The notes beneath the pieces are model-generated. The model did no database searches. It was not told the origin of the DNA and saw nothing but the letters and a program-made list of their open reading frames with translations. From positions 1 through 44,572 of the forward strand of contig CAIKFI010000056.1 of NCBI GenBank assembly GCA_903826635.1: 44,572 nucleotides of DNA. The letters are read 5' to 3'. A program made the position numbers and the translations under genes. Every line of letters starts with the position of its first letter. Positions within the stretch are counted from its first letter, which is position 1. This DNA is from an uncultured Spartobacteria bacterium (lineage in GTDB: Bacteria > Verrucomicrobiota > Verrucomicrobiia > Chthoniobacterales > UBA6821). Positions 17,420 to 28,237 of the stretch are shown here, in pieces.

Positions 17420-19465
17420 ATGCCAGACGACACACCCACTCCCAAACGTAACAATCCCAACCAACCGGGTTCCCAGGAACCACAGTTCAACTGGAAATCA
17501 CTCGTTCTGATCGTTATCGCAACGGCCTTGATCGGAGGGGCTCTCTTTTTCAGGGGAACAACGATCGCCAGCACCGAGGAACTCACCCTTCCAAAATTCG
17601 ATACCTTGCTGAAGGAGGGGAAGGTGATCTCCACCGCCGAAAAACCTCTCGAACTTGTGATTGAAGAGGGCAGGAACACCCAGTACCTCTCGGGTTATTA
17701 CCGCAAAAAGATACCTCCTGCCACGGAAGAGATCCCCACGCCGTTCAAGACCTCAGTCTACATGCCTTTTAACGGAACGAGCTTGGAAAAAGATTTGGCG
17801 GCGGCCGGCATCACTCCCAATGTCCGCCCCGAGTCGAATGTTCTTGCGTCGACCATCCTGAACATCCTGCCCATTCTCCTCTTCCTTGTCGTCCTCTACT
17901 TCTTCTTCCGCTCACAAATCAAGATGGCTGGCCGCGGGGCCATGAACTTCGGCAAGAGCAAGGCCAAGATGCTGGCCCGTGAGAAGAATAAAATCACTTT
18001 CAAGGACGTGGCCGGAGTGGAAGAGGCCAAGGAAGAGGTGGTCGAGTTGGTGGAGTTCCTCAGGGATCCGAAAAAGTTCCAGAAACTGGGTGGTCGGATT
18101 CCAAAAGGTGTCCTCATGATCGGTGCCCCCGGCACCGGTAAGACCCTCCTTGCTCGGGCGATTGCCGGTGAAGCGGATGTTCCCTTCTTCAACATCAGCG
18201 GTTCCGACTTCGTCGAGATGTTTGTAGGCGTGGGAGCCTCCCGAGTTCGTGATATGTTCGAGCAGGGCAGAAAGTCCGCCCCCTGCCTTATTTTCATCGA
18301 TGAAATTGATGCCGTGGGACGCCATCGCGGTCACGGTGTCGGGGGTGGTCACGACGAACGTGAGCAAACCTTGAACCAACTTCTTGTGGAGATGGATGGA
18401 TTCGACGCCCAGGACGGAGTCATCATCATTGCGGCGACCAATCGCCCCGATGTCCTGGACCCGGCGCTCCTGCGCCCCGGTCGCTTCGACCGTCAGGTCA
18501 CCGTCTCGTTGCCGGATGTCAAGGGACGCGAAGAGATCCTCGCAGTTCATGCCCGCAAGGTGAAACTCTCGGAGAAGGTCGATCTCAGCCTCATCGCCCG
18601 GGGCACGCCTGGTTACTCGGGGGCGGAACTCTCCAACGTCTTGAACGAAGCAGCCCTGATGGCCGCAAGAAAGGGACAAAAGGCCATCGAGCAGTGCGAT
18701 CTGGAGGAAGCCCGTGACAAGGTGCGCTGGGGCAAGGAACGCCGCAGCATGGCAATGAGCGAGAAAGAAAAGACATCCACAGCCTGGCACGAAGCGGGGC
18801 ATGCATTGCTGAATGTTGTGATCGACCACACCCACCCCCTTCACAAGGTCACGATCATACCCCGAGGACAATATCTCGGGGCGACGATGTATCTCCCCGA
18901 AGGAGACAAATACGCCACCCAGCGAAAAGAGGCCCTTGCCATGCTCATCATGACCATGGGAGGCCGCATTGCCGAGGAGATGTTCACTGGGGACGTCTCC
19001 AACGGCGCCTCCGGAGACATCGCCCAAGCCACGAAACTTGCCCGTCGCATGGTCTGCGAATGGGGAATGAGCAATCTGGGAATGATCCGCTTCAGTGAGG
19101 AGAACGAGATGGTCTTTCTCGGGCGTGACATGTCGAGGGCCCGTGAGTATAGCGAATCCACCGCGCAGCAGATCGACTCCGAGGTCAAGCGCCTCATCGA
19201 CGATGCCTACAATCAGGCCACTGAAATTCTAAAGTCCAAGCAGGACAAGGTGGAGTTGATTGCCAAGGCACTTCTTGAATTTGAGACGCTCGAGGGCTCT
19301 CAGATTGAGGATCTCATCAATCTCGGACACATGCGCAATCCTCCTGTGATCGCACAAAAACCTCCTCCACTGCCCCCTCCGCCGAGCGACACTCCAAGCG
19401 AGGTGAGCAAGCCGATCAAACCTGATTACCCGACGGGGGGATTGGCTTCTCCAGTTCCCGCCTGA
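17420..19465 (+). CDS. ftsH: ATP-dependent zinc metalloprotease FtsH
   Basis: Two N-terminal TM segments, AAA+ Walker [19 protein letters not shown], Walker B IFIDEIDA, zinc site HEAGHAL; Pro-rich C-terminal tail. Confidence 0.95.
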   Translation: MPDDTPTPKRNNPNQPGSQEPQFNWKSLVLIVIATALIGGALFFRGTTIASTEELTLPKFDTLLKEGKVISTAEKPLELVIEEGRNTQYLSGYYRKKIPPATEEIPTPFKTSVYMPFNGTSLEKDLAAAGITPNVRPESNVLASTILNILPILLFLVVLYFFFRSQIKMAGRGAMNFGKSKAKMLAREKNKITFKDVAGVEEAKEEVVELVEFLRDPKKFQKLGGRIPKGVLMIGAPGTGKTLLARAIAGEADVPFFNISGSDFVEMFVGVGASRVRDMFEQGRKSAPCLIFIDEIDAVGRHRGHGVGGGHDEREQTLNQLLVEMDGFDAQDGVIIIAATNRPDVLDPALLRPGRFDRQVTVSLPDVKGREEILAVHARKVKLSEKVDLSLIARGTPGYSGAELSNVLNEAALMAARKGQKAIEQCDLEEARDKVRWGKERRSMAMSEKEKTSTAWHEAGHALLNVVIDHTHPLHKVTIIPRGQYLGATMYLPEGDKYATQRKEALAMLIMTMGGRIAEEMFTGDVSNGASGDIAQATKLARRMVCEWGMSNLGMIRFSEENEMVFLGRDMSRAREYSESTAQQIDSEVKRLIDDAYNQATEILKSKQDKVELIAKALLEFETLEGSQIEDLINLGHMRNPPVIAQKPPPLPPPPSDTPSEVSKPIKPDYPTGGLASPVPA

Positions 19466-19532
19466 AAGACGAGAAGATCGGGCCTCCTTAAATGAGGGAC
19501 TTCCCAGAGTTTTTCATCGTAAAATTCATTCT

Positions 19533-19567
19533 GAAAAAATCAGGGCGACCATGGCATGGCAACCCTG
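19533..19567 (-). terminator. Candidate rho-independent terminator downstream of rdgB
   Basis: Minus strand reads CAGGGTTGCCATGCCATGGTCGCCCTG, an imperfect hairpin with outer CAGGG/CCCTG pairing, followed directly by ATTTTTTCAG. It starts about 24 nt after the rdgB stop, in the convergent gap shared with ftsH. Confidence 0.5.
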
Positions 19568-19591
19568 ACCAGAAGAATCCCCTTGGTTTTT

Positions 19592-20230
19592 TTACGATGA
19601 TCTGGCGATCCACCACTCCTGGAACTGTTTGAGGGCGCGACTGCGGTGACTCATGCCGTGTTTTATTTCAGCAGAGAGCTCGCCGAAAGTCTTCTCATGG
19701 CCAACCGGCATGAAGATCGGATCGTAGCCGAACCCCCCCTCACCCCGCACCTCGTGGGCCAGCATCCCCTCGATGGTGCCCTCGAAGAGAGCAAGGGTGA
19801 TCCCATTCTCCGCCACGGCCAAGACACAGCGAAAGCGAGCCGATCGCACTTCCTCGGGAAACCCCTGCATTTTTTTAAGAACAAGCGCTGTGTTGGCCTC
19901 ATCATTGCAATCAAGACCGGCATAGCGTGCCGAATAGACTCCCGGTTCGCGCCCCAAGGCATCGACTTCAAGGCCCGAATCGTCTGCCAAGACAATCCCG
20001 CTCACATGCCGGGAGATCCCCTCGGCCTTAAGCTTGGAGTTCTCCTCGAAGGTAACACCCGTCTCCTCGACCTCAGGCAGGTGAGGCATTCCGGTCACAT
20101 CGCTCACAAGAACCCCCTCTCCGAGCATGGTTTGAATCTCGACTGTCTTATGGCGGTTTCGGGTGGCCAAAAGAATCTTGGGCTTTTCGGAAGAGAGCGG
20201 CTTGGCGGATGCGGGGTTTTCGGGTCTCAT
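19592..20230 (-). CDS. rdgB: Non-canonical purine NTP pyrophosphatase (RdgB/HAM1 family)
   Basis: [37 protein letters not shown] and MSHRSRA motifs. ATG at 20230 is chosen because the 20269 start would overlap leuS. Confidence 0.85.
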   Translation of the reverse strand: MRPENPASAKPLSSEKPKILLATRNRHKTVEIQTMLGEGVLVSDVTGMPHLPEVEETGVTFEENSKLKAEGISRHVSGIVLADDSGLEVDALGREPGVYSARYAGLDCNDEANTALVLKKMQGFPEEVRSARFRCVLAVAENGITLALFEGTIEGMLAHEVRGEGGFGYDPIFMPVGHEKTFGELSAEIKHGMSHRSRALKQFQEWWIARSS

Positions 20231-20252
20231 GGTGATCCAACGTTCCAACGAG

Positions 20253-22835
20253 ATGTCCCTTACCCGCAAGCACTATCCCTTTACTGAATTCGAAGCCCGA
20301 TGGCAGAAACATTGGATGGAGACAAATGCCTTCAGAGCTGCCAACCCCGGCGATACGGATTTCCGGCCTGAAGCCAGCAAGTATTTCGTCCTCGATATGT
20401 TCCCCTACCCCAGCGGGGATGGCCTCCACGTCGGCCATGTCGAGGGTTATACGGCGACGGATATCCTGGCCAGGTATCGCCGCCTGTGTGGTGATAATGT
20501 CCTTCACCCCATGGGTTGGGATGCTTTCGGTCTTCCTGCCGAGCAATACGCAATCAAGACGGGGCAGCATCCGCGTATCACGACCCAAAAAAACATCGAT
20601 CGCTTCCGCACACAACTCCAGTCGCTTGGATTCAGCTACGACTGGTCCCGGGAGATCAGCACGACGGATCCCGGATACTTCCGTTGGACCCAGTGGATTT
20701 TCCTGCAACTTTACAATTCTTGGGTGAATCCGGCCACCAACCGAGCCGAACCGATCTCCTTGTATTTCGGAAATGATCCCGACAGCGTGCGCCTTGCCTT
20801 TGTCTCGGACAAACCAGTGAACTGGTGCCCTGAACTGGGAACGGTCCTGGCCAATGAAGAGGTGGTCGACGGGAAAAGTGAGGTGGGCGGATTCCCCGTC
20901 GAGCGGCGTCCCATGCGTCAGTGGATGCTTCGGATCACTGCTTATACGGAGCGACTAATCTCGGATCTTGATGGACTTGACTGGCCGGATTCGATCAAGC
21001 AACTCCAGCGTAACTGGATCGGTCGTAGCGAGGGAGCCGAGGTTCGCTTCCCGATCGAGGGATCCCAAGCCGAAGTCACCATCTTCACGACAAGACCGGA
21101 CACACTCTTCGGGGCAACTTATATCGTCCTGGCCCCGGAGCATCCGCTGGTCGATAGCCTCACGTCGCCGGAACAGCGTGCAGCAGTGGATGCCTACAAA
21201 AAGGCCTGCTCCTCAAAGAGCGACCTTGAGCGGACGGATCTCGCCAAGGAAAAAACTGGAGTTCCACTCGGCTCCTCGGCCATCAATCCGGTTAACGGAG
21301 AAAAGATCCCAGTCTGGATCGCCGACTACGTGCTCACCGGCTACGGCACTGGTGCGATCATGGCCGTCCCGGCACATGACGAAAGAGACCATGAGTTTGC
21401 GATGACATTCAACCTTCCGATCATCGAGGTTGTCCGGGCTGTCAACGCAGTGGATCAGGCCTTGCCGACGGATCAACAAGCTTGTTTCAGCGGAGAAGGG
21501 ATCGCTATCAACTCGCCGATCCTTGACGGACTCGTCACAACCGAGGCGAAGAAAAAAATCATCCGATGGCTTAAGGAGAAGGGCTATGGCCGGGGAACCA
21601 TTACCTACAAGTTGCGTGATTGGCTCTTCTCCCGCCAACGCTACTGGGGCGAACCCTTCCCGATCATCTGGGAAGACGGTTCTCATCGATCACTCAGCCA
21701 TGAGGAACTGCCCGTTGAACCTCCCGAGATGGAGGACTTCAAGCCAACCGGAACATCTGAACCTCCCCTTTCAAAGGCCAGTGATTGGGTCCGATACTCG
21801 GAGACTGCAACCCGAGAACTCAATACTATGCCCCAGTGGGCCGGCTCCTGCTGGTATTACCTACGCTATTGCGACCCTGGTAACAAAGATCGCTTCATCA
21901 GTCGTGAAGCCGAATCCTATTGGATGGGAGATGGTGCCAAGCCCGGCGGGGTTGATCTCTATGTGGGAGGGACGGAGCACGCGGTCCTTCATCTCCTCTA
22001 CGCGAGATTCTGGCACAAGGTTCTCTTTGACCTCGGTCATCTGACCACTCCGGAACCCTTCCAGAAGCTCGTCAACCAGGGAATGATCCTGGGTGACGAC
22101 GGCCAGAAGATGTCAAAGAGTCGAGGGAATGTCGTCAACCCCGATGAGGTCGTCAGTGAATACGGTGCCGACGCTCTCCGTCTCTACGAGATGTTCATGG
22201 GACCGCTAGAACATGGTAAACCATGGAGCATGACCGGCGTGGAGGGTGTCTACCGCTTCCTCGCCCGTGTCTGGCGTCTTGCCATGACCGAGGATCAGGA
22301 GGGTAACTGGGGAATCTCCGAGGACCTCGCAGAGCAGGAGTTAACCAGCACCCAGCGACGCGTGCTCCATGCGACCATCAAGAAGGTGACTCAGGACATC
22401 GAATCACTCGCCTTCAATACGGCGATATCCCAAATGATGATCTGCACGAACGAGTTCACCGGGGCAAAACCCAGGCCGATCGAGTCACTCAGAATCCTCC
22501 TGCGATTACTCAGCCCATTCGCCCCGCACCTTTGCGAGGAGATCTGGTGGAGACTGGGGACAAAGTTTCCTGATTCAGGCTTTGCTGGGCTGGCCTCGCA
22601 GTCCTCCTGGCCCAACTGGAATGAGGAGTATCTGGTTGTCGATGAGATCACCTACGCCGTTCAGATCAACGGAAAGGTTCGCGGGCACCTCACCGTGCCA
22701 ACCTCAGCGGACAGGGAGAGCGTTGAAAAGACAGCTTTATGCGATCCCGCCATTCTGGAAATTCTCGATGGGAAAGAGGTTAAAAAAGTGATTGTCGTTC
22801 CCGGACGTCTTGTGAATCTCGTGGTTGCAGGTTAA
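20253..22835 (+). CDS. leuS: Leucine--tRNA ligase
   Basis: HIGH-type motif ([16 protein letters not shown]), KMSKS (QKMSKSRGN), the CP1 editing region and an ~860-aa length. ATG at 20253 ([21 protein letters not shown]) matches usual LeuS N-termini. Confidence 0.95.
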   Translation: MSLTRKHYPFTEFEARWQKHWMETNAFRAANPGDTDFRPEASKYFVLDMFPYPSGDGLHVGHVEGYTATDILARYRRLCGDNVLHPMGWDAFGLPAEQYAIKTGQHPRITTQKNIDRFRTQLQSLGFSYDWSREISTTDPGYFRWTQWIFLQLYNSWVNPATNRAEPISLYFGNDPDSVRLAFVSDKPVNWCPELGTVLANEEVVDGKSEVGGFPVERRPMRQWMLRITAYTERLISDLDGLDWPDSIKQLQRNWIGRSEGAEVRFPIEGSQAEVTIFTTRPDTLFGATYIVLAPEHPLVDSLTSPEQRAAVDAYKKACSSKSDLERTDLAKEKTGVPLGSSAINPVNGEKIPVWIADYVLTGYGTGAIMAVPAHDERDHEFAMTFNLPIIEVVRAVNAVDQALPTDQQACFSGEGIAINSPILDGLVTTEAKKKIIRWLKEKGYGRGTITYKLRDWLFSRQRYWGEPFPIIWEDGSHRSLSHEELPVEPPEMEDFKPTGTSEPPLSKASDWVRYSETATRELNTMPQWAGSCWYYLRYCDPGNKDRFISREAESYWMGDGAKPGGVDLYVGGTEHAVLHLLYARFWHKVLFDLGHLTTPEPFQKLVNQGMILGDDGQKMSKSRGNVVNPDEVVSEYGADALRLYEMFMGPLEHGKPWSMTGVEGVYRFLARVWRLAMTEDQEGNWGISEDLAEQELTSTQRRVLHATIKKVTQDIESLAFNTAISQMMICTNEFTGAKPRPIESLRILLRLLSPFAPHLCEEIWWRLGTKFPDSGFAGLASQSSWPNWNEEYLVVDEITYAVQINGKVRGHLTVPTSADRESVEKTALCDPAILEILDGKEVKKVIVVPGRLVNLVVAG

Positions 22836-22877
22836 AGACTTCATTGGAGCATCCATTAAATTCCCCACAATCCTTCC

Positions 22878-23297
22878 ATGAAAACATCCTCCCTTATCCT
22901 CGCCCTCACCCTCGTTGCCTCTACTCAAATTATGAAAGCCGAAGAGGGAAATTCCCTCTTGGAGCGCCAGATGAAGATCCTGGCCAAGGGAACCAGACAA
23001 CTCTCCCAGCAGGTCACTGATACCGCTCAACAGCAGTCCTCCATAGACCTTATTGAGAAACTCAAGAAGGCAGTCCAAGACTCAAAGTCCATCGATCCAA
23101 GGATGGTTGAGACGATTCCTGCCGCGGATAAGGCAAAGTTTTTAACCGACTACCGTGCCCAGATGGATATGCTCTCTGATGCCTTCACCAAGATTGAAGA
23201 CGCAGTCAAAGCCGGTAATTACGCTAAAGCGAAATCTCTCCTATCCTCGGTGAATGCGATCAAGAGAGAGGGCCACGAGAAGTTCAAGCAGGACTAA
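22878..23297 (+). CDS. Secreted four-helix protein, cytochrome b562-like
   Basis: Signal peptide MKTSSLILALTLVASTQIMKA/EE. The mature part aligns by eye with E. coli cytochrome b562 as I recall it: LLERQMKILAKG against LEDNMETLNDNLK (Met ligand), and DAVKAGNYAKAKSLLSSVNAIKREGHEKFK against [28 protein letters not shown] (His ligand). Confidence 0.55.
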   Translation: MKTSSLILALTLVASTQIMKAEEGNSLLERQMKILAKGTRQLSQQVTDTAQQQSSIDLIEKLKKAVQDSKSIDPRMVETIPAADKAKFLTDYRAQMDMLSDAFTKIEDAVKAGNYAKAKSLLSSVNAIKREGHEKFKQD

Positions 23298-23332
23298 ATC
23301 TCCCACTACAGCAGAACTCTGCGCTCCTGAAT

Positions 23333-24292
23333 TCAGGCCGATCCGATCAGGATGCCGGTGATGAAGACCAGAACCCCTCCCACAACCACCTGAAAGGTTG
23401 CTGCCATCAGAGGCGTATCCATGTAGCGGTGACGGATCCAAGCAATCACGGCCAACTCCACAACCACGACAGCAACAGCGACAGCCATCGCGACTGCAAA
23501 CCCGGAAATCAGGAAGGGGAGCGTGTGACCGATACCACCCAGCGTGGTCATCAGACCGCAGATCGTTCCCCTGATGTAGGGATGCCCACGGCCACTGAGC
23601 ACACCATCGTCGGAAAGAGCTTCTGCAAACCCCATGCTGATTCCGGCTCCGATCGAGGCGGCCATACCTACCAGAAAGGCGTCGTGACTGTCTCGCGTTG
23701 CGAAGGCGGCTGCAAAGACCGGAGCAAGCGTCGAGACGGATCCGTCCATGAGTCCGGCCAATCCGGGTTGGATATACTGTAGGATGAACATCCTGCGCTC
23801 CGTCTCACGCTCGACATCCAGCACCCCTCTCTTCTCCATCGATTCGCGGAAGCCAGCAGCCATTTCCTCATGGGAGGCTTCAACCAGAGCGAGTTCGTTC
23901 AATAATTTTCTGACAGAGAGATTCGTGGTTCGCTTCGAAGCAGCCTCATAAAAGTTCCTCGCCTCATACTCCATGGTCTCCACCTCCTTGCGGACTTGAT
24001 CGACAGTCAGGATGAGGGAGAGCCAGAGGGGTTTTCGCGAGAGGAAACCCTTCACATCCTGACGGCGGATGAAGGGGAGATTCTCTCCATAGGAAGCCTT
24101 GAAGGTCTCCATGAGCCGATGGGCATGCCCCAACTCCTCATCCCTCATCACAAGAAGCGTCTTTGCGGTTTCAGGATAGTTCGCCTTCAGACGTTCAGCA
24201 AACTGACCATAGATGCGTGAGTCATCCTCCTCGGCGTTGATGGCAAGCGAGAGAATCTCCTGCTCGTTGAGTTCGTTAAAAGAGCGAGCCAT
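23333..24292 (-). CDS. Ferritin-like (erythrin) domain fused to a VIT1/CCC1 iron transporter domain (MbfA-like iron exporter)
   Basis: The N-terminal domain has two E-x-x-H pairs ([18 protein letters not shown]). The C-terminal half has VIT1-type TM helices ([23 protein letters not shown] ... [13 protein letters not shown]). Confidence 0.75.
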   Translation of the reverse strand: MARSFNELNEQEILSLAINAEEDDSRIYGQFAERLKANYPETAKTLLVMRDEELGHAHRLMETFKASYGENLPFIRRQDVKGFLSRKPLWLSLILTVDQVRKEVETMEYEARNFYEAASKRTTNLSVRKLLNELALVEASHEEMAAGFRESMEKRGVLDVERETERRMFILQYIQPGLAGLMDGSVSTLAPVFAAAFATRDSHDAFLVGMAASIGAGISMGFAEALSDDGVLSGRGHPYIRGTICGLMTTLGGIGHTLPFLISGFAVAMAVAVAVVVVELAVIAWIRHRYMDTPLMAATFQVVVGGVLVFITGILIGSA

Positions 24293-24389
24293 GTCACAAG
24301 CAAATGCTGAAAATGGAAAACTAAAAAGCTAAAACAACCCCCCATCAATAGCCACATCGGGTTTTATAAACCGAAAACCTTGGAGAGGT

Positions 24390-25103
24390 TCAGCCTAGGA
24401 TCGTTCTCAGATCTTCAGGCATCCTTCGTTCGTAAAGGGCCCGACCGATGATGACACCGTGAAGTCCCGATACACCGGCAAGCTGACGCACATCCTCCGG
24501 ACCGGAGACTCCTCCGCTGGCGATCAGATCGCAAGGCACCTCCGTGGCCATCTCACGCATCGCGGCGATGTTCGGACCCTGGAGCATCCCATCTGTGGCG
24601 ATGTCTGTATAGATGATCGTCCGGATGCCCGTATTGAGAGCCTCACGGGCCAGATCAAGCGCACTGAGTTCCATGGTCTCGACCCATCCCTTGACCGCAA
24701 CCCTCCCATCCTTGGCATCGATCCCGACAGCCAAGCGTGAAGGGCCAAACTTTCCAGCCGCCTCTGCCAGAAACCCCGGCTCTGCCGCCTTGGTCCCGAT
24801 GATCACGCGGCGGACACCCGTCGCAAGACCTGCTTCGATCGAGGAGGCATCCCGCATGCCACCACCCAGTTCGCACGGGACGGAGACAGCAGAAACGATC
24901 GCCCGGATCACCTCAAGATTCCGGCTTACTCCCTCGAAGGCGGCATCCAGATCGACGAGATGGATCCAATCAGCACCGGCGGCCTCCCATTTCAGAGCCA
25001 TGGCCACGGGATCCGTGCCATACACGGTCTTCTTGGCGGCTTCACCTCGTTCAAGACGAACGACCTGACCACCCATGATGTCAATTGCGGGATAGAGGAG
25101 CAT
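24390..25103 (-). CDS. hisA: 1-(5-phosphoribosyl)-5-[(5-phosphoribosylamino)methylideneamino]imidazole-4-carboxamide isomerase
   Basis: MLLYPAIDIMGGQVVRLERGE N-terminus, HLVDLDAA, ELGGGMR, IASGGVS; ~237-aa TIM barrel; adjacent to hisH and hisB. Confidence 0.9.
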   Translation of the reverse strand: MLLYPAIDIMGGQVVRLERGEAAKKTVYGTDPVAMALKWEAAGADWIHLVDLDAAFEGVSRNLEVIRAIVSAVSVPCELGGGMRDASSIEAGLATGVRRVIIGTKAAEPGFLAEAAGKFGPSRLAVGIDAKDGRVAVKGWVETMELSALDLAREALNTGIRTIIYTDIATDGMLQGPNIAAMREMATEVPCDLIASGGVSGPEDVRQLAGVSGLHGVIIGRALYERRMPEDLRTILG

Positions 25104-25122
25104 GAGAAAAGAGACCTAAGAG

Positions 25123-25779
25123 CTAGGGGTTGGGAGTGAGCGACGAGATAAAATTCCGGAGCATTTCGAGACCGAGTGACTGACTCTTCTCAGGGTGAAA
25201 CTGGACGCCGCTCAAGTTGCCTCTGGTCACACTTGCGGAAAACTCCACACCATAGGCACAGGTCGAGGTGACCACCGAGGAATCCTCCGGAACGGGATAG
25301 TAGGAGTGCACAAAGTAGAAATCCGGATTTTCTTCAAATCCCTTCAGGAGAGGATCGGAGGGCTTGCAGATATGAAGTTGATTCCAGCCCATGTGGGGAA
25401 TTTTCAGGCCCTCACTACCTGCCCCCCCTCCGGAAAAATGAACGACCCGTCCTTTCAAAGCACCGAAGCCCTCGACGCCGGGTGACTCCTCGCTCGATTC
25501 AAAGAGAAGTTGGTAACCCAGGCAAATTCCTAGATACGGACGATCGGCGGAAATCCACTCCTTGATGACGCCCCAGAGGCCTGCTTCCCGAAGTTGTCGT
25601 GCGCAATCACCGAAGGATCCGACACCAGGGACGATCAATGCCGAGCAATTCACGGCATCATCAGGAGAGTTCACCATCACACAGTGTCCACCGGCCTGCT
25701 CGATGGCTTGGCGGACGCTGCGGAGATTTCCGCTGCCGTAATCGACAAGTCCCAGGACTGGAGACTTCCCTGAACTCAC
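25123..25779 (-). CDS. hisH: Imidazole glycerol phosphate synthase, glutamine amidotransferase subunit
   Basis: VDYGSGNLRSV, catalytic Cys in LGICLGYQLLF, FYFVHSY, GVQFHPEKS. Confidence 0.9.
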   Translation of the reverse strand: MSSGKSPVLGLVDYGSGNLRSVRQAIEQAGGHCVMVNSPDDAVNCSALIVPGVGSFGDCARQLREAGLWGVIKEWISADRPYLGICLGYQLLFESSEESPGVEGFGALKGRVVHFSGGGAGSEGLKIPHMGWNQLHICKPSDPLLKGFEENPDFYFVHSYYPVPEDSSVVTSTCAYGVEFSASVTRGNLSGVQFHPEKSQSLGLEMLRNFISSLTPNP

Positions 25780-26381
25780 AGAATCCCCTTGGTGCTGGGG
25801 ATTCCCTTCACACGGGCATCGTGAGAGATGGCGACATCAAGAGCCCTTCCGAGGGCCTTGAAGACCGCCTCAGCCATATGATGGGCATCACGTCCGGCAA
25901 GGATCGAGACATGAAGCGTTAGTCCAGCCTGGACACTCAGGGCGCGGAGGAACTCCTCAACGAGTTGAAAGGGGAAGAGGCCGATCGTCTCCACCCCTCG
26001 GGGGGCCTCGTAGGCCAGGAAGGGACGGCCACTGCAGTCCACGACGACGCGGGCCAGTGCCTCATCCATCGGGACGTAGGCAGAGCCGTAGCGGCGGATT
26101 CCCGCTTTGTCACCCAATGCTTGAGAGAGGGCTGCTCCGAGGGCCAGTCCGACATCCTCGACGGTGTGGTGGTAGTCCACGTCGATGTCTCCCTTGGCCT
26201 CAACCTTGAGGTCCACCAGGCCATGACGGGCAAAGAGGGTGAGCATGTGATCGAAAAAAGGAATGCCCGTATTGATCTGGGAAATTCCCTCCCCGTCCAA
26301 ATTTAGCTTCAGGGAAATGGCTGTCTCACTGGTCTTTCGATCGATCGTCGCGGATCGTGTGGAATCTTTGGGTGTGCTCAT
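25776..26381 (-). CDS. hisB: Imidazoleglycerol-phosphate dehydratase
   Basis: RKTSETAISLKLNLDG, FFDHML, DVDYHHTVEDVGLALG, GRDAHHMAEAVFKALGRAL. Overlaps hisH by 4 nt. Confidence 0.9.
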   Translation of the reverse strand: MSTPKDSTRSATIDRKTSETAISLKLNLDGEGISQINTGIPFFDHMLTLFARHGLVDLKVEAKGDIDVDYHHTVEDVGLALGAALSQALGDKAGIRRYGSAYVPMDEALARVVVDCSGRPFLAYEAPRGVETIGLFPFQLVEEFLRALSVQAGLTLHVSILAGRDAHHMAEAVFKALGRALDVAISHDARVKGIPSTKGIL

Positions 26382-26417
26382 TTCGTGTGATCTCTTGCGT
26401 TGGCTTGGAATCTAGGG

Positions 26418-27242
26418 TTAATCGTTTTTTTTGAGGGAAGCCATAGAGAGTTTTAACTTTTTGAGGGCAACCTCAAGGAACTTCCGCTGCAGACGGACAC
26501 GCCTTGCTAGGGCCTCCTCGGAAGGAGTCTCCAGCGTGAAGGTGCGCTTGGCATGCAAAAAATGGAGCAGGAATGCCTCTGGATGACCCTTCATTATCTT
26601 TTGATTCACTTTACGGCGGATCAGTCCATTCCTTGCCGCATGCCCGTCGATCTTCTTGCGTGGATCAGTTGGGAGTATGGGGGAGATCTCACTGCATAAG
26701 GACTCACCCCAGTGCGGTCGTGCCGCCGACACCTCGTAAAGATAGAATCCTCGGGCATCGTAGTCCTCGTGCAGAGTGATCGCCAGGTCGTACTCCCGTC
26801 CCTTCATCAGCGAGAGCTGCGCGTTGACTTGGGGAACCTTCCTGGAGTTGTAGAAGCGGTTTAAGTCACGCCCCTCGGCATCGAAGCGAATATTGCGTTC
26901 AAGTCCCCAGGGATTCAGGCAGGGAAAGATCTGCAAATTCCAGTTCTTCCAACCCCTGGCACCACTCCGTCCTGAGAACTTGCCCAACGAGTCCTCTGCC
27001 CAACAGATCAGGGCCTCGACCGGTGCCGGTTCGTCCCCATGGATACCGGCTGACAGGTAGACCGATGGTTTACGACGATCCCAAGCTTCCGACTCCACAA
27101 CCATGAGGGGATATCCTCCAGCATTGCAAAAGGTCGAGAGCTGGAGCGTGGGATTGGTTTTTACCAGATCCAACCACCTCTCCATCAGGAGACGGTAGTC
27201 CCTGACCTGATCAGGAAACGACTCGGTAGGGATGCCCGCCAT
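26418..27242 (-). CDS. M14-family zinc carboxypeptidase-like amidase (MpaA/AstE-like), cytosolic
   Basis: Zn ligands H-x-x-E (SAGIHGDEPAP) and ITLHED, substrate-binding DLNRFY, NPWG, catalytic Glu in FTLETP. No signal peptide. The start ATG shares one base with the aguB stop (TAATG). Confidence 0.7.
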   Translation of the reverse strand: MAGIPTESFPDQVRDYRLLMERWLDLVKTNPTLQLSTFCNAGGYPLMVVESEAWDRRKPSVYLSAGIHGDEPAPVEALICWAEDSLGKFSGRSGARGWKNWNLQIFPCLNPWGLERNIRFDAEGRDLNRFYNSRKVPQVNAQLSLMKGREYDLAITLHEDYDARGFYLYEVSAARPHWGESLCSEISPILPTDPRKKIDGHAARNGLIRRKVNQKIMKGHPEAFLLHFLHAKRTFTLETPSEEALARRVRLQRKFLEVALKKLKLSMASLKKND

Positions 27243-28237
27243 TAGTCAATGAAACGTCTTTCGATCCCGCCGTAGGCATCGATGCGGCGGTCGCGCAGGA
27301 ATGGCCAGTGTGTGCGCTGGGTGTCCATGAAGCCACGGTCGATCTCCACGACAAGGACCATCTCCTTGTCAGCGGGAGCCTCCGCAATGATCTGACCGTT
27401 TGGTGCCGCCACAAAGGTTCCTCCCCAGAACTCCAAGCCATCACCACCCGCTGGATTCTCGTGGCCGATGCGATTGACTCCGCAAACATAGCAGCCATTA
27501 GCGAGGGCGTGGGCGCGCTGGGCAAGCTGCCAAGCGGCTTTCTGGTTTTCACCATATTGCTTCTTCTCGGAGGGATGCCAACCGATGGCCGTGGGATAGA
27601 AGAGAACCTCTGATCCCTGAAGCGCGGTCAACCGTGCAGCCTCAGGATACCATTGGTCCCAACAGATCAGGACACCAAGATCGCCAGCACTGGTCTTCCA
27701 GTTACGGAAACCAAGATCCCCCGGAGTGAAATAGAACTTCTCATAGAAGAGTGGATCATCGGGTATGTGCATCTTGCGGTATTTCCCGAGATACTTCCCG
27801 TCGGCCTCGATGACAGCCGTGGTGTTATGGTAGAGACCGGGAGCCCGACGCTCGAAGAGGGAAGCGATGAGGACAACGCCCAGTTCCTTGGCGAGCTTAC
27901 CGAGGGACTTTGTCGAGGGACCGGGGATCGCTTCCGCAAGCTTGAAATATTCATGATCCTCGCTCTGGCAGAAATATTCGCTGAGAAAAAGTTCAGGCAG
28001 GCAGATAACCGTCGCACCCTTCTTCGCCGCCTCCCGGATCAGGCGCTCAGCTGTCCTGAGGTTTTCCGAAGAAGAACTTGTGCATCTCATCTGGACAAGT
28101 CCAACGTGCAGGGGCGATGCGGAGGCTTTCTTATTGCCCCCTTTCTCCCTTTTATTTTTAACGGAGGTTTTTACGGAGACCTTCTTTGAAGTTTTGAGAG
28201 ATTTCAAATTCTTGGGTGTTTTGGCTTTCTTTGGCAC
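27242..28237 (-). CDS. aguB: N-carbamoylputrescine amidase (nitrilase-superfamily C-N hydrolase) with a Lys-rich N-terminal extension
   Basis: [40 protein letters not shown] (catalytic Glu), YRKMHIPD (Lys), [15 protein letters not shown] (Cys), [13 protein letters not shown]. The longest ORF starts at GTG 28237; TTG 28207 and ATG 28090 are the only other start candidates. Confidence 0.8.
   Translation of the reverse strand: MPKKAKTPKNLKSLKTSKKVSVKTSVKNKREKGGNKKASASPLHVGLVQMRCTSSSSENLRTAERLIREAAKKGATVICLPELFLSEYFCQSEDHEYFKLAEAIPGPSTKSLGKLAKELGVVLIASLFERRAPGLYHNTTAVIEADGKYLGKYRKMHIPDDPLFYEKFYFTPGDLGFRNWKTSAGDLGVLICWDQWYPEAARLTALQGSEVLFYPTAIGWHPSEKKQYGENQKAAWQLAQRAHALANGCYVCGVNRIGHENPAGGDGLEFWGGTFVAAPNGQIIAEAPADKEMVLVVEIDRGFMDTQRTHWPFLRDRRIDAYGGIERRFID

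Noticed and set aside
24293-24389. A-tract-rich region (gctgaaaa tggaaaa ctaaaaa gctaaaa) upstream of the MbfA-like gene, considered as an iron-responsive operator (Fur or Irr ICE box). Also a GGTTTT..AAAACC hairpin after hisA.
   Set aside because: It matches neither the Fur box nor the TTTAGAA-N3-TTCTAAA motif as I remember them. The A-tracts have a 7-8-nt period rather than helical phasing, and the hairpin is AU-rich and weak. This is probably just an AT-rich promoter/terminator spacer.
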